DNA of 64,000 nucleotides from Octopus sinensis (Eukaryota). Positions 1 through 13,595 of the stretch are shown here, in pieces. The first letter of the stretch is position 1. Each line of letters starts with the position of its first letter. Location of the stretch: positions 48,670,001 to 48,734,000 of the forward strand of contig NC_043012.1 of the NCBI RefSeq assembly GCF_006345805.1, in the 5' to 3' direction. The notes below the pieces were generated by a model. It was not told the origin of the DNA. It did not search any database and worked only from the letters and a program-made list of their open reading frames with translations. The translations under genes were made by a program, and so were the position numbers.

Positions 1-2417
1 CTTAGTGTAATGGTACGGAGAACCTGATGCCATTTACCTGTAAAACCAGAGCTAATTGTACTAGTGGCCTATACTCATAAATCAATATTAGCTAATTTTA
101 ATCTGTTTTGTTTGCTAATTTCAGTGTTTTGCTATGAAAGATTTTGCAGTGGGTCTGAAACTGAAAACCTAAACTACATATTTTACAAGCACTAAAAACA
201 TTAGTGACCTGGAAATGCAGGATATTTCAGTTAAACAATGCATAAAGCTTATGTATCAATCATGCAATAACTTTGGTGTTTTGTGTGCTGATGGAATATT
301 AACTGTATTGTAATGGCTTATATTTAGGGTCTTAGTGAAACACTACCAATTATTATTGTGGTTACCTCTAATGGAGCCAGATATAGATCTCAAGGCTGAG
401 TATCTCGTCTGTGGCAGCAAAATAATTATATTTCACTGGGGCTCATTAGTTTTTATTAGAATATTTGTCTATCACTAGTTTGAACTCACCAGTTATTAGT
501 ATGATATGAAGGTACATATTTAGCAGCAATGTGTAATGTTCATGTGTTTGTCTTGATATGTCTTATTATCAGCTTGACATAGAAGAAATCACTTCTAAAA
601 ATCTTTCAGTTAGAAATACTGAAAGTAGCAGAGTAACTAAAAGCTCAGTCTCTGAGTGTACAATATGATTAGGTAGCTCACACTTGACAGAAATCTACTG
701 AATTGACCAGTGATAGTCTCATACAGAAATAATATTCCGAGACTTTCGTCTTCTCAGTTGATAGGCATTTTTCTTTCTGCATTTAAATGTTAGAAATCTT
801 TGGTCTAATTTTGGTTTTTCAGCTTTTGTCTGTGAAATCACTTCAGTTCAATAGAAAGCTTTTATCTCTTTTAAAAAGCTTATATTGATTTTAAGCTCAG
901 CTGCTATTAAGTTCCTTTTGGTCCTCAATTTCTTCCTTATATTTGCTACAACAGCTTTTAGGGTCATATGTCACTAGCTTTCAAGTCCATTGCAATAAAA
1001 TTTGGCTTTCTACGCTAGTTCGTAGATTATGGATCTTCAATATATTTCTTAATAGTTGCAAATGGTTTGTTCTTTGCATGAAATCCATTTTACAAACTAC
1101 TAGTTATATAAACTAGTACAGTACGTTCAACATTTATATTCAATCCATTAAAACCTTTTTTCTTTTTCAAATGGATTTCACGTCAAACACTCCGAAAATG
1201 TTGGCATCAAATCATAGTCTAAACATCTTACTAATACGTAATGATAGAACACACACACACACAAAGATGCTTTGCTCACTTAGATGAAAGTTTTTTTATT
1301 GAATGACATTTTTTTTAGTGTATAATATTGATTTTTCAATGTTTTGGGTGGACGAAATATTGGCAAGGAGTGCTAAGTATATATACATCAATGAAATTTT
1401 TCACGTGTGTGTGCATGCACACGCACACATAACTTTTTCATTAACTCTTTCTCGTTTGTATGTTTAATTTAAATTATAAATTTAGGATGTAAGGGGTGGG
1501 AAGAAGCTGATTTTTTTTTTTTTCCTTCTGTATTGTGAATGATAACCTTGTGCACAAATGTGCACACATACATACTTAAAATTCACTAATATGTTAGTTG
1601 TTGATAGTTGTACTGTGCACAGGGCAAATATCCTTAATTATTGCTGGCTGAATCCACATACCTGCATATAATATGAACAGTCGCCTAAATATATATGTAA
1701 CTTACGATTGTACTCATCAGTGCATACCCTGAGGTAGAAAATTATATTTGTAGCCCTCTTGGGCTTGATATATCATTTTCATGTAACCCATTACCTCATT
1801 ATTAATTTGTTTTTAGAAAAGTTGACCAAGTAAGGAATTTCTTGCTAAACTCTAATCTGGTACAGTTAATATTTTCACTGAACAAAGATGGGGACATGTA
1901 GTATAAGGTTTGTATTTCATTGTTACATTAAGCTGAATCCTTTTGGTACCAATTATTCTCCATCCTGTGAATGTTAGAGGGATAGCATGAGTTTCTACTC
2001 CACTCCACATAGTTACTTGGGGTTCTCCAGACTTGTTTGATGTGTATTTCATAATATAGTGGGCTAGTCTTCTCCAACAACATCAAGTTATGAATTGGGT
2101 GTTCATGTGTAATAGCATAATCTAAGATTATATAACCATGGACATAAACATTGATCTATCTGAATTAGAACTAAAGCTGGATATCTCCACACCTTGTTTT
2201 AAATGCATAACCAGGATGTTGAGTTAATTGTTTGTGTGAATCATAGCCATTTGTTGGCTGGTGCTACACAATGAGTGAATTTTAGTTCAAGCTCTGTACT
2301 TTCCCACACACCTTTTTTTTTTCTTTTTACACAAATAATCTATAGATTATACAGTTTGTAATCCAGATCTTGCCTATAGATGCATGAAAAAAAGTTTCTG
2401 TCAGTACATCATATTTT

Positions 2418-2632
2418 TTAAACTCCTTAGCACTTAAACTAGCCATATCCAGCCCAAATATTCTGTTTTGTGTTCAAGCTGGCCATATCTAGCCTTTCGC
2501 ACCAACCCCACAATGTCATTTTAAAAATAATCAAATTATTCAAATTCTGAAGCCACAAGATTATGTGTGATTAATTCAAAACAATGTGAAGGAATGTTAC
2601 AGTTGACAGTAATCCGAATACTAAAGGGTTAA
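2418..2632. mobile_element. piggyBac-like MITE (family C), decayed full-length copy
   Basis: Ends TTAAactccttagcac ... aatactaaagggTTAA; internal sequence matches the copies at 10704, 28028, 30802 and 38372. Confidence 0.75.
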
Positions 2633-3553
2633 GGCAGTATGAACACTTGATCTATTTAATCTCAAATCAAACCTGATTGAGCAGATATGAAATGTTCCAT
2701 CTTTTTGAAGAGTACTGGAAAACAAACCTTTTCTGCTACAAAGAGAATAGAGGTGACAGATTTGGCTGCTATTTTTAAATGGCCAACGTACTTTGTAGGC
2801 TCTTGGGAAAGTGATGGCTGTGATTAGATTAATGGAACTCCATCCAATAGCTTTTGTGAGTTTGTCCTGGGAAAGACTTTTGTTTCCTTACAAATGGATA
2901 TCGGATACAGAACCGTTTTAAGATGGCTCTATTTACATGGCATAATGAATAAAAGGAAAATGTCTTTTAGATTTGATATTCATCTAAATAGAACCACGAG
3001 TCCTGTGGAGTTTTGCTTCATTGTTAACTGGGATTGTACGTGCATATAAAATATTCGTATGTCTAAAGCTGGGGATGTAATTTGTCCCCATATACACACA
3101 TCTTACACATGCACAGGGCATTTTTGGGGACAACTTGCACATCTATCTCTATAAATATAGATGAATGGACAACCACTTGATTTAACTGTGTTAAAGTTGG
3201 TTCGATATTTAACTCTGTGACTAATGATAAAGTGGAATTGAACCTATGCAAGTGTCATTATTGGTGTTATGACTCAACCAAGACAACAAAATTTGTTTCA
3301 GTACACACATTCATATGAATCTTGTGAATCAAATACAAAACCGAAATGTGTGTGTGTGTGTATACGTGTGCATACATACATCTTTAGATATCTAGTTTCA
3401 TTCATATATATATCTCAGTACATATTCATTAGTCTTGGTATGTCTGGGCTCATGTTACTGTTCTGGTGCACCCATTATCCTGGTACATATACCTTTCCTG
3501 ATGTGCATGCCAGGGCACATGTAGTCATACATACTGTGTGTACACCAAAATGT

Positions 3554-3918
3554 GGAGGTGCAATGGCCCAGTGGTTAGGGCAGCGGACTTGCGGTTATAG
3601 GATCATGGTTTTGATTCCCAGACTGAGCGTTGTGAGTTTATAGAGCAAAAACACCTAAATCCCTACAAGGTTCTGGCAAGGGGTGGTGGCAAACCCTGCT
3701 GTATTCTTTCACCAGTTTTCTCTCTCACCCTTCCTTCCTGTTTCTGTATTTCAAAGAGCCAGCCTTGTCGCTCTGTGTCAAGCTAAATCTCCCCGATAAC
3801 TACGTTAGGGTACTTGTCTGTGGAGTGCACAGCCACTTGCACATTAATTTCACGAGCTGGCTGTTCCGTTGATTGGTTCAACTGGAACCCTTGTTGTAAT
3901 TGGAGTACCATGACACCA
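3554..3918 (+). mobile_element. tRNA-derived SINE (family E), near full length
   Basis: Head ggaggtgcaaTGGCCCAGTGGTTAGG (A box) ... GGTTTTGATTCCC (B box) followed by a ~300 bp GC-richer body; the only copy seen in this window. Confidence 0.75.
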
Positions 3919-6487
3919 AGATAGTGTACATGTACATGTGTCTATTGTTCATGTGTACATACTCAGTGCCTGTCTGTTCACACATGCATGCTGCGTCCTT
4001 GCATACATATGCACACTTGCACTGATATTTGTATGTAATCACACACACATTGTGTACACACACATTCAGCTTGTATGTGATGTGTGTATTCACGTTCACT
4101 GGCAGTGTGTACACAGCCTTTTCTTATATTACACATCTGTCAAATTTTTACTAAAGTATTCCTGATTTGAATATGGATTTTTTGTTTTTGTTAAAAATAC
4201 TTGGAATAAATATAGATATAAATCCCTATTCTTGTGGTCAGTAGACTGACCATGGCGGTAGTAGTAGCAGCAGTTATTTGAGAAGTGTTCATTACAGTTG
4301 TAACTGATAATGCTGTGAGAATGTTTATTATTGGAGCTAACAGTTCAATTAACTATTTTTTTTCCTCTTTATATTGTTTTTCTTCTAAGAATGGAACCTG
4401 TTGTAGCTTTTTTTTAATGTCTTTGAGAAACACAAGACCACCTCAGCTGCAGATTTCTCATTCTATTTGCTGTAGCTACTCTCTTAACCTAATTAAAGAT
4501 TCTCTCTCATTACTTAATTTCTTAAATCAATATTTATGGTGTATTCCTTAGTGCCAGCCTATTAGCCATTTCATGAGAAATTCTTTTCCTTTTTCTCAAA
4601 AATGCAACATTTAATTTTATTGTTGGTAACCAATACTTTTTTCATCCCCCACTGTGGTTAGATTGGATTTTCAGATTAAAAACCTGTCTTTGTTGTTCAT
4701 CTTGTTATAGTTCTGTCATGACCAAAATATTTTGACAATAGTAGCATTTGTTGAATCTTTCTTGCTTCTCTTTCATTCCATCATTAGAACACAATATATA
4801 GAAATTAAAGAAATAAAAATAGTGTTTTGACTTATTTTATGCTTTACACAAAAGCCTGAATGCTTACTATTCCCTTTGCACTACCCATGTTCTGCAACTG
4901 TAGAATGCAGACGTACAGGATACCATAACTCAGATGTTGTACATAATCATGTTAACTCTCCTAGCACACATTGACATACATTTACACGGAACTTTCCTAA
5001 ATACCTTGTTTGCAGATGTGCAAGGTGATACTTGTTCAACACTTTCATGAGAAGGATTCTGCATGTCTGGCATTTTATTCATTGATCCTTGATCAGTATT
5101 GTTTGTTTTAATCTAATGATTTTTACCATTTTTAAAAATGTTAATTATGCATTTGAGTTCTTTATTGTAAAATAACTCTATTCAAGGTATAATGTACTTT
5201 TTTTCATGTACTTCTAGGAAATAGTTATTCTATAAGATATTTTGTTTAGATATTGGTTTGTATGCATCCATTGTGTGGGTAGTCATTGGGTCAGCATTAA
5301 TCACTTGCTTTCACAATCTTTTTCTTCTGTAAGTACTTTGCACCAAATTGACCTATTTCATCCTTTCATCTCACAGCTCACATCTGGGATTACTGTACCT
5401 GTGCTACTCATCACTTTTTCCCTAAAAATTTCTTATATCATCTGACTTGTTAAATACCTCTGGTCATTTCTCCTGCACAAGTTGGCTTTTCAATGTCTAG
5501 CTCACTTGTGTTCTTCTACCTACAAGCCCACAAATCATTAATTCCACCTCATTGCTTCTCTTCAGCATCTGCAGACTTTTTCACTGGATGAGCTGATGAC
5601 CCCGTCTCAAATATGAAATAGTAGAACCAGTTCTTGACTAGACAAAATAATGTACCTTGCCTCAGGATACATTTGCTGCTATGTAATTATGGACCATGTG
5701 GTCAATATTAGTCCTAAACCCCACAGTCAGTATTACTAATTTATAGCTTAAACATAGTCAAAGCTATTGTTCCCCCAGCTACAGTGATTTCCCATTTAGC
5801 AATAGATGTGTACGTTTAGTATGCTGTCTGTTAGGAAAGTGAAATAAGCATGTTCTGTTTATTACAGCAATATATAGATCAATGTTATTCATTCATCTTT
5901 TAATTAAATAAGCCCTCTTATTCATTTTTGTTTTTAATCTTTTAGGTTTCAATCATTAAGATGCAGCTTAGTCAAACCTTGTACTTATTTCAATCTACTA
6001 CTTAACCATTTGATAGATATGTTACCATTTTGACAGTGACACTGATGTACCTGCGCACACACACACAATAGGCTTCTGTGGTTTATTTACATTATTCCAT
6101 CAACCTTATGTCCACTGACATGTATTCACATGACATTGTGTGCTAACTCTAAAGATTCAGACAGATATGTGAACATTTTGATAATATGTAAGACATAATT
6201 CTGTTTAACCAAAAAAGTTTTGGTGAAAACAGACTTGGTGATTGTGTTTAAAGACCACAAAATAACACCTGATTATGGTAGGTTACTTCCTGTTAAAATG
6301 AAAATTGTTTCCTCTAAAAAGGAACTTGAAAATATCATTGGGTTGCTTGTTGGGTACTGTCTTTACTTCATAAAGACTCCTAATAAAACGCAACCACTGT
6401 TTCCCTTTACTCAAAAAGCTGTATCTGAAAACAATGGTAATGCTTGCTTTCATGGTTTTGAAGATTTCTTTTTACAGTCCAGACCAT

Positions 6488-6862
6488 ACTACTATTTTTA
6501 CTTGTTTCAGTCATTTGACTGTGGCCATGCTGGAGCACCGCCTTTTAGTCGAGCAAATCGACCCTGGGACTTATTCTTTGTAAGCCCAGTACTAATTCTA
6601 TCGGCCCCTTTTGCGAAACCGCTAAGTGACGGGGACATAAACACACCAGCATCGATTGTCAAGCAATGCTAGGGGGACTAACACACACGCACACATATAT
6701 ACGACGGGCTTCTTTCAGTTTCCATCTACCAAATCCTCTCACAAGGCTTTGGTCGGCCCAAGGCTATAGTAGAAGACACTTGCCCAAGGTACCATGCAGT
6801 GGGACTGAACCCGGAACCATGTGGTTGGTAAACAAGCTACTTACCACACAGCTACTCCTGCG
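6488..6862 (-). mobile_element. tRNA-derived SINE (family A, CORE-like 'ccttgggcaagt' domain), full-length, low-divergence copy
   Basis: Reverse complement gives A box (gtagctgtgtgg), B box (ggttccgggttcagtccc), accttgggcaagtgtcttctactatagcc, a central (CA/TA)n and the tail ...cagcatggccacagtcaaatgactgaaacaagtaaaa. Confidence 0.9.
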
Positions 6863-7639
6863 TCTTTGGGTAACTTTCAACCACAACATTATCATCAATC
6901 CAATTGTCATTTTCTCAGTCAATGATTATATGTATATATAATCTCAGTCAATGATAATGTATTATATTGAAAAGCTGCTGCAACTGTTGTGTGCTTACAT
7001 AAATAGCAACACCCTCATTACAGACCAATTGAGTATTTGTGTTTACCTTATTCACTCACATGTGAAATGACAATATTACTCTGGAGAGTTGAACTTAGCT
7101 ATAATATTTATCTTAGTAGAAAAGAGAATGTGTACTCATATATTTTCTCAAATATGCTATTACACTAACAATTGTCCAACTGAACATTAAATTTTGTAGA
7201 GGTAAAGAATATTCCATCTCTTAAGAATGCTGGTAAAATTTAAGATTGCAAAAATAGACACCAAACTAAAGCCTAAATTTCAGACATACAAAGGCTACAG
7301 AAGCTATGGACTGGATCTCGGAGTGAGTGGGATCTAGACAGTAAATCAAATATCTTAATGGCATTTGATTGTTTTTTTGCTTTTACCAATTTCACCTTTC
7401 CATCCATTGTTTGATAGAATCACCTCTTAACAGCTTTGAGATAATGGGCAAGGCAAGAAAACCAACCAAACAACATGGAAGTCAGTATTGTTAGCTCTTA
7501 ACAGAATTTTCCTGAAAATACTATAGGAAATTCTTCTAAAAAAAGTGCTTCGATCTATTCAGTTTCTGTTCTCAACTAAAACTTTTCAGTTATTTCTGTC
7601 TTTCAAATTTTGCTCCAGAGTTGTCACTATAAAATATGT

Positions 7640-7960
7640 ACATCCATGTGATTAATGACTCATAAACAAGTTCTACTCTAGTTCAGAAAATGTATTAAGA
7701 GTAGCAGACACTCTCGTTTTGTGATTTGTCATCTTAGTCACTATCTCCAAAGTGAAATAGTTCAGCTTACATAATCAGCCGCAAGTTTTCAGGTCTCGGT
7801 TACACTCCTCCTGTTTCTCACACTTCTATGTTGATGCTATTTCTGAAGAATGACTTTTTAAAATAATTATGGAGATTATTTTACCAAACCATGCTACGCC
7901 TGTTGCACCTTGATCCTTCGTGTTCAAAGAGAACTATCAAACTGGTGAGATTACCCATAA
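7640..7960 (+). mobile_element. possible highly decayed CR1/L2-type LINE 3' end
   Basis: Frameshifted fragments resemble the LINE ORF2 C-terminus (LWR.., PNH..P, FKEN); judged by eye only. Confidence 0.25.
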
Positions 7961-9494
7961 ATCTCTTTGCTAATTCTATCATCTTATTGTCCATTGTTAT
8001 GTATGTATGTATACATATATATATTTATTAATTAAAGGAATGTGAATTCCTTTAGTAGAGGTACAGTTCCACATTCTCTATCTTAAACTTAAGTTGTAGC
8101 ATTTATTGAATAAATTCTTTGATATATAAATCTCTTATTACAACATACATGCAACCATAATGAAAATGATTTCAGAATGAAATAAAATTTAAATGAATTA
8201 AAAGAATCTGAACTAAAATAGCCATTATTTTTTACTGCAAATGTACAAGAATGTATAAATAATTTAAAAGTCTGAGGAATGCTGTTTTTTTTTTCTTAAA
8301 GATTCCATTCCATCCATTTGCATGAAATACATTAGGAAGAGAGACTTGACTGTTTCCATTTTCACCCATGTGACATTTGAGCCAGTTATTAGCTCAGAGA
8401 GAGGTCTGAAATATCAGATGGGTGTAATGCATTCAATATTTGTGTCACTCATTCAATTAGAATGTCATTTCAATTAGCATGCTTAAATTAAAATGAATAA
8501 ATTGGCTGAAATATTGAGTGAGTAGATACGTAGATTCTTAGTTCAAAACCTAGTGTAAACTGCTTTTTTAAATTTTTTTTTTATAGCGGCTTAATGATAT
8601 ACATATGACTCTAGCACGTCTTTCCATTATTTCTATAATAAATGTTATACTGTAAAATTTTCTGCTTGCATGTACATATGTTTTGTGAACTGGTCATCAT
8701 GTTATCATATCCTTATTAACACTGCCTAAGCAAAAACAGTTTAATCTCCATTCCATTATGTGGAATGAAAATACTAGAAAAAGTTATGGATTGGTGACAG
8801 AAAGTGGTTCTGGTTTGTAGAAAATCCACCTTGAGTGTTGCCTAACCTATTCCAGTGTGAAAAAGTGGACACAATAGTGTATGCGCATTCACTGCAGAAC
8901 TGTATCATTAATACGATTAGTTTTTGTTGTATTTTTCCAGATCATGACCATAAATTTATCGACAGCGTTCCAGCCTGACAATCCATATAGTTTTTTTTGG
9001 TTTTGTGTTTTTCCTGTCAGGCATTGTATATCTAGAACCATTATCAAATGTCTCCTTTAAAAAGATATATATGAGGGTAATTTGGCTTATGTTTCTTCAG
9101 AGTTGCTCAGCCACATATTGGTTTGATAATGGCTTTGATTTCGATCCCTTTATATCATAATTCATGCATCCCTTATCCTGCAAAGATAATAAGTTGGTAC
9201 CATGTTAAAGCTGTTATTGCTTAATGCCCTTCCTATTTATTATTAGACTGGAGAACAATGTGATATTTTTGTTTTAAACTAGCAAAGCTATGAAACTTTT
9301 CCCACAACTCTAATTCAATGAGTATCTTGCAAAAAGCAGCTATCCTTGGCATGGCATTTATTTTAAATTATGATTCAGTAAATGGTACCTATTTTTAGCC
9401 TTGTCATATGATGGATGTTTTTATGTAATGTATCTGAATCCTCATGGAATACAGTTTATTGTTTTGGTGTAGAATTGTTATTCATGCACAAATA

Positions 9495-9707
9495 TAGGTG
9501 CAGGCGTGGCTACGTGGTAAGTTTATTTTTCCAACCACATAGTTCTGGGTTCACTCCCACTGCATGGCACCATGGACAAGTGTTTTCTACTCTAGCCTCG
9601 TGAATGGATTTGGTAGATGGAAAGTAAGAGGCCAGTCGTGTGTGTCTGTTTGTCCAGCACCACTTGGCAAACGGTGCTGGTGTTTACAGTCTGTAACTTA
9701 GCAAAAA
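9495..9707 (+). mobile_element. SINE family A, 3'-truncated/deleted copy
   Basis: taggtgcaggcgtggctacgtggtaag...gggttcactcccactgcatggcaccatggacaagtgttttctactctagcc. Confidence 0.85.
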
Positions 9708-9901
9708 TTCTTCAAGGTGGTGCCCCAGTATGGCTACAATCTAGAAATAAATATCAGAAGGAAATGCTGGAAAGCTGTGATGTGGTAATCAATTTCTGAT
9801 CAGGTTCGTTGCCATTTCACTTCATGAATGCTCCAGGAAGGAAAGTGATGCTTGTATTCACTTCCTATTCTATTATTACACCATCTTCTCTCTAGTGTAA
9901 T

Positions 9902-9949
9902 GTAATCCTGATTATGAAATTGTTGGTAATCCTGATTATGAAATTGTTG
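9902..9949. repeat. perfect 24-bp tandem duplication
   Basis: gtaatcctgattatgaaattgttg x2 (9902-9925, 9926-9949). Confidence 0.95.
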
Positions 9950-10505
9950 AAATGCATTTGATTTTGCTTTGGTATTTTTATAGACACCTTGCTGCTAAAG
10001 CTCTTGGAAACAAGAAAATAAATCACCCCTTTCCCTTGAAGTCCTTATAAATTTGATTCTAGCTTGTGGGTGCAGCTAGGATTTTCACTAAGTGTATTCT
10101 CTCTAAGTAAAAGCAACCCACCATTAGATGTCTCATTTCTAAAAATCACAAAACTCAAGTTTTGGGCAGAGAATTGTTTGACTCTATCAAGCCATTCTAA
10201 CTAATAGGGTGTGAAGCTAATCATTATTTCAAAGTCTACCAATGATTTAGTTGAGTAAAGATAATTTTCTCTGGTTTTAATGGGTTTATCTAATTCAGAG
10301 GTAAAGCTAACACCGTCATTGTTCTTAGAATGCTGGATTTGTTTCATTTTAAATCCTTTGCAGTTATTCAGTTAGGGACCTGGGACATAACATTGCTGCA
10401 CTATGAACAACAGGTGTGGATTAGCTTCAAGATATGATTTGTAATGTGTTGGAATGGTCCGGTTTCAAATATATATATTGTATATTCTGCATTGACACCT
10501 ATTTT

Positions 10506-10686
10506 GCCAGTGACATATAAAAGGCACCCAGTACACTTTGAGAGTGGTTGGCATTAGGAAGGCCATCAATTTGTAGAAGCCAATCCAAAACAGATGGGAA
10601 CCTGGTGCAGCTCTCCATCTTACCAGTTCTAGTCAAAACTGTCTAACCCATGCCAGTATGGAAAGTGGGTGCTAAATGGTGATTGA
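10506..10686 (+). mobile_element. retroposon family B 3' end ((GAT)n-tailed, RTE-like tail)
   Basis: gagagtggttggcattaggaaggccatc...aacccatgccagtatggaaagtggg; matches the cleaner copy at 26130-26264. Confidence 0.8.
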
Positions 10687-10703
10687 AAATAACCAAACCT
10701 GGT

Positions 10704-10916
10704 TTAACCTCATAACATTCGGATTATTCTATCAAATGTAACACGTAATTTATTCATTGTTTTGGGTTTATCCAGCATTATCTTGTAACCTTGAGATTTT
10801 ATGTGATTATTTTTAGACTAACTTCAGAGAGTAGGTGTGAGAGGCTAGATCTGGTTAGGCTGAACATACAAGAATATTTTGGCTGAATATGACCAGTTTT
10901 AATGCAAATGGGTTAA
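10704..10916. mobile_element. piggyBac-like MITE (family C)
   Basis: TTAAcctcataacattcggattattct ... gaccagttttaatgcaaatgggTTAA. Confidence 0.75.
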
Positions 10917-12454
10917 GGATTTCTTTGAAAGAAGAAATGGTGGCTTTTCTAAGAACAAAATGTTGATAAATTTTGGATTTGTATTAATTTAATTTGCCCT
11001 TCTTACTGTTTCTTGAAATTTTGTAGAGTTGAGATTTTCAATGATTTACAAAGTTTTTTTTCATTACATTTTTACATTCTTCTGAATTTTATATTCAAGC
11101 AGTACTTTAATCTGAAAAAGGGGGTCGTATATTTGAGTTCTTTTGTTTCTTTTTTAATGGCCTTTTAAGTTGTTAAGAGTTTTGAATTGGAAAACACAAA
11201 TTTCTGATGTCTTTTATGGTATTTTTATAGCTTATTATATTTTCATTTAAAATGTTTTTATAGTTTATATGCTTTCACTTATTAGCCTTTTGTTGACAAA
11301 AAAGAAAAGGCCTGTAAATTTTGTAGGTTTTGTGTTTGATTGTAACTTAGAATAAAAAAAAAACAGGTTAGGGTGCTAAAAAGCTGGCATAATTATTTAC
11401 ATTGACCATGAATGTTGTATGCTTTCAATCAATGTAAGGATTATATAATTAGCCTAATTACAAATAGAAGTTGGAGTTAGTGTTATAAATTAAGGAGTTG
11501 AGCTTTATGTACCAGCTCCACTAATGTTGAATTTTATTTTCTATTTTTTAAAACACTTGTATTTATTGGCGATTTAGCTATTTTTGTTGTTGTTTTTTTT
11601 TAAGCATGCCTAATGTCCATATACATAATCTGTTATCAGCTCCTTCACCAAGAAGTGTTTTATTTACAGAACTGTCCTTTATTCAACAAGGAATTCAAGT
11701 AGGGTTTCCTTGTTTTCCTTGGCTTTTGATTCTGAAAAATCTTATGAAAAACTACTTTATAAAATAATTTCAATAGTTAACAAAAGAACAAAAAAAGAAA
11801 AAGGTTAGAAAGTCAATGAAAATCCATTAAAGTAACTGCTGTATTAATTTTAAAGTTATTTTTAGTTTTCTCTAGATTCGAGGAGTGTTTTCTTCACTAA
11901 CTTTTACTTTTTTTGCTTCCTCTTCTCCATGCATAACTTTATTTGCTTGAATAGTTCTGCAAATTAAAGCATTTCCTTACGTTTTAAGTTCTTTTTAATT
12001 TATGTATTTTGATATTTTTTTTTGTGTTTTTTTAACAGCTTTGATATAATTCCTAACACATCTTTCAGCCGTGTAATGTGGCCACTTTTTCATTTTCTCA
12101 TCTTCGAATAGTAACTGGGGCGAATGGAGCGACTTATTTAAAACAGATAGTTGTAGTCAGTTTCTGTTTAACAATAATGCTTATCTCAGCAGCCATTCTG
12201 TAATTCCACTAGGAAAGGCTCATAACTACCAACCAGTCAAATGAACAGAGGTTCCATTCTTACTTGGTTAGCTGAGTGGCAAATAAGAAGAGTTATCCAG
12301 CTGTGTGTGAGAGGGCGCTGGCTTGAATGTATAACATATGTGAATGTATAAACTTTGTTTCTTCTTTTTTAAATGCCATGAATCATCTGTTTGGGAAATT
12401 TTATGTAAAATGCTGGATATAGGATCAGGATAATGGTTTTTGGGTGTGTATTAT

Positions 12455-12770
12455 CTTTATTCATTTTTACTTGTCATTTGACTGCAGCCATGCTGGAGCA
12501 CCGCCTTAACGGGTTTTTGTCAATTCGACCACAGGACTTACTTTTAAAAATCCTAATACTTATTCTATTGGTCCCTTTTGCCGACATAAACACACCAAAA
12601 CTGGCTGACAAGCAGTGATGGGAGACACATACAATGGGCTTCTTTCAGTTTGTCTACCAAATCCGGTTTTGGTTGGCTTGTCACTTGCCCAAGGTGCCAC
12701 ACAGTGGGACTGAACCCAGAACCATGTGGTTGAAAAGCAACTTTCTTACCCACAGCCACACCTGTGCCTA
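12455..12770 (-). mobile_element. SINE family A
   Basis: tcatttgactgcagccatgctggagcaccgcc ... cttgcccaaggtgccacacagtgggactgaacccagaaccatgtggtt ... cacagccacacctgtgccta. Confidence 0.9.
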
Positions 12771-13494
12771 TGTATGTGCAATAGTTTTTTTTGTCTAGAT
12801 AGCATTTGTAATCTACTTGAGTGATCTTGTTTTCCTTTTTTTTTTATTTTTAATTCTTGTTTTAATAGTGAGAAATACAAATACTGTAGTTAATTATTGT
12901 ATGGTAGTTATTCAATTTCCACAATGAAACAAAAGGATGCACCGAGTATTTATCAACATCTAAAGGTGTGGCATGTACAGTGGTTATGTTTGATAATTTC
13001 TTTCCTTGGAAATGGTATGTGATAGTCACTAGAATCCTGTGAGCTGGAAATGATTAATAGAATATTAAGTAAACAAACTTTATACATCTGAGTAGTGCAG
13101 GTTAGTGTTGACAAGGATTTTCAGTGCAGATAGTGTACTGGTGATGAATAGTTTTAACGGTGCTATTATGCTGAATTTTTTTTTTTTTTTTTTGTGTATG
13201 TGTACAAGATTGTTTCTCAGAACAGGATGTTGGCTCTTCCTATTTGTGATATGTGATTTCTAAAATAAATAACTATGGCTAACTCTTCCATGTCTCACTC
13301 CCCCTCCCTGCATGAAATACAGGTATGGAAAGTATGCAGTGTGCAACACACACACACACACTTTATATACTAATATAGGGGTGGGTACACTTCAACATGG
13401 TAAGAATAGGGATCAGAATATATAAGTGGTTTGTTGGAAGTTGTTCAATCCGTTCACTCTTTGAATGGTATAAAGTAACTTCTTTAGATATGTG

Positions 13495-13498
<4 letters not shown>

Positions 13499-13590
<92 letters not shown>

Positions 13591-13595
13591 ATATA
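13499..13595. repeat. (TA)n microsatellite, ~48 units
   Basis: Direct reading; one interruption near 13580. Confidence 0.97.

Noticed and set aside
1690-1725. Minus-strand CTGATGAGTACaatcGTA, resembling a decayed hammerhead
   Set aside because: GAAA core is absent (gttac) and no helix I was found.
3554-3630. tRNA gene-like A and B boxes (also in all SINE heads)
   Set aside because: No complete cloverleaf, and each continues into a SINE body, so these are not tRNA genes.
4280-4800. Possible LINE/Penelope ORF remnants here and at ~800-1000, ~32600-33750 and ~45530-46100
   Set aside because: Motif matches (e.g. GDIN, YDHP) are too short to support a call without a profile search.
5593-5618. 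CTGATGA...GAAA hammerhead-like spacing
   Set aside because: No pairing for helix II, helix I or helix III.
6220-6941. 150-aa and 91-aa ORFs
   Set aside because: They run through a SINE family A copy; equivalent peptide fragments recur at other copies.
9915-9930. gaaattgttggt (EIVG), resembling the missing MEX3 exon 1 motif AEIVGRQG
   Set aside because: Flanks do not encode SEHVA or RQG; it is part of a 24-bp tandem duplication.
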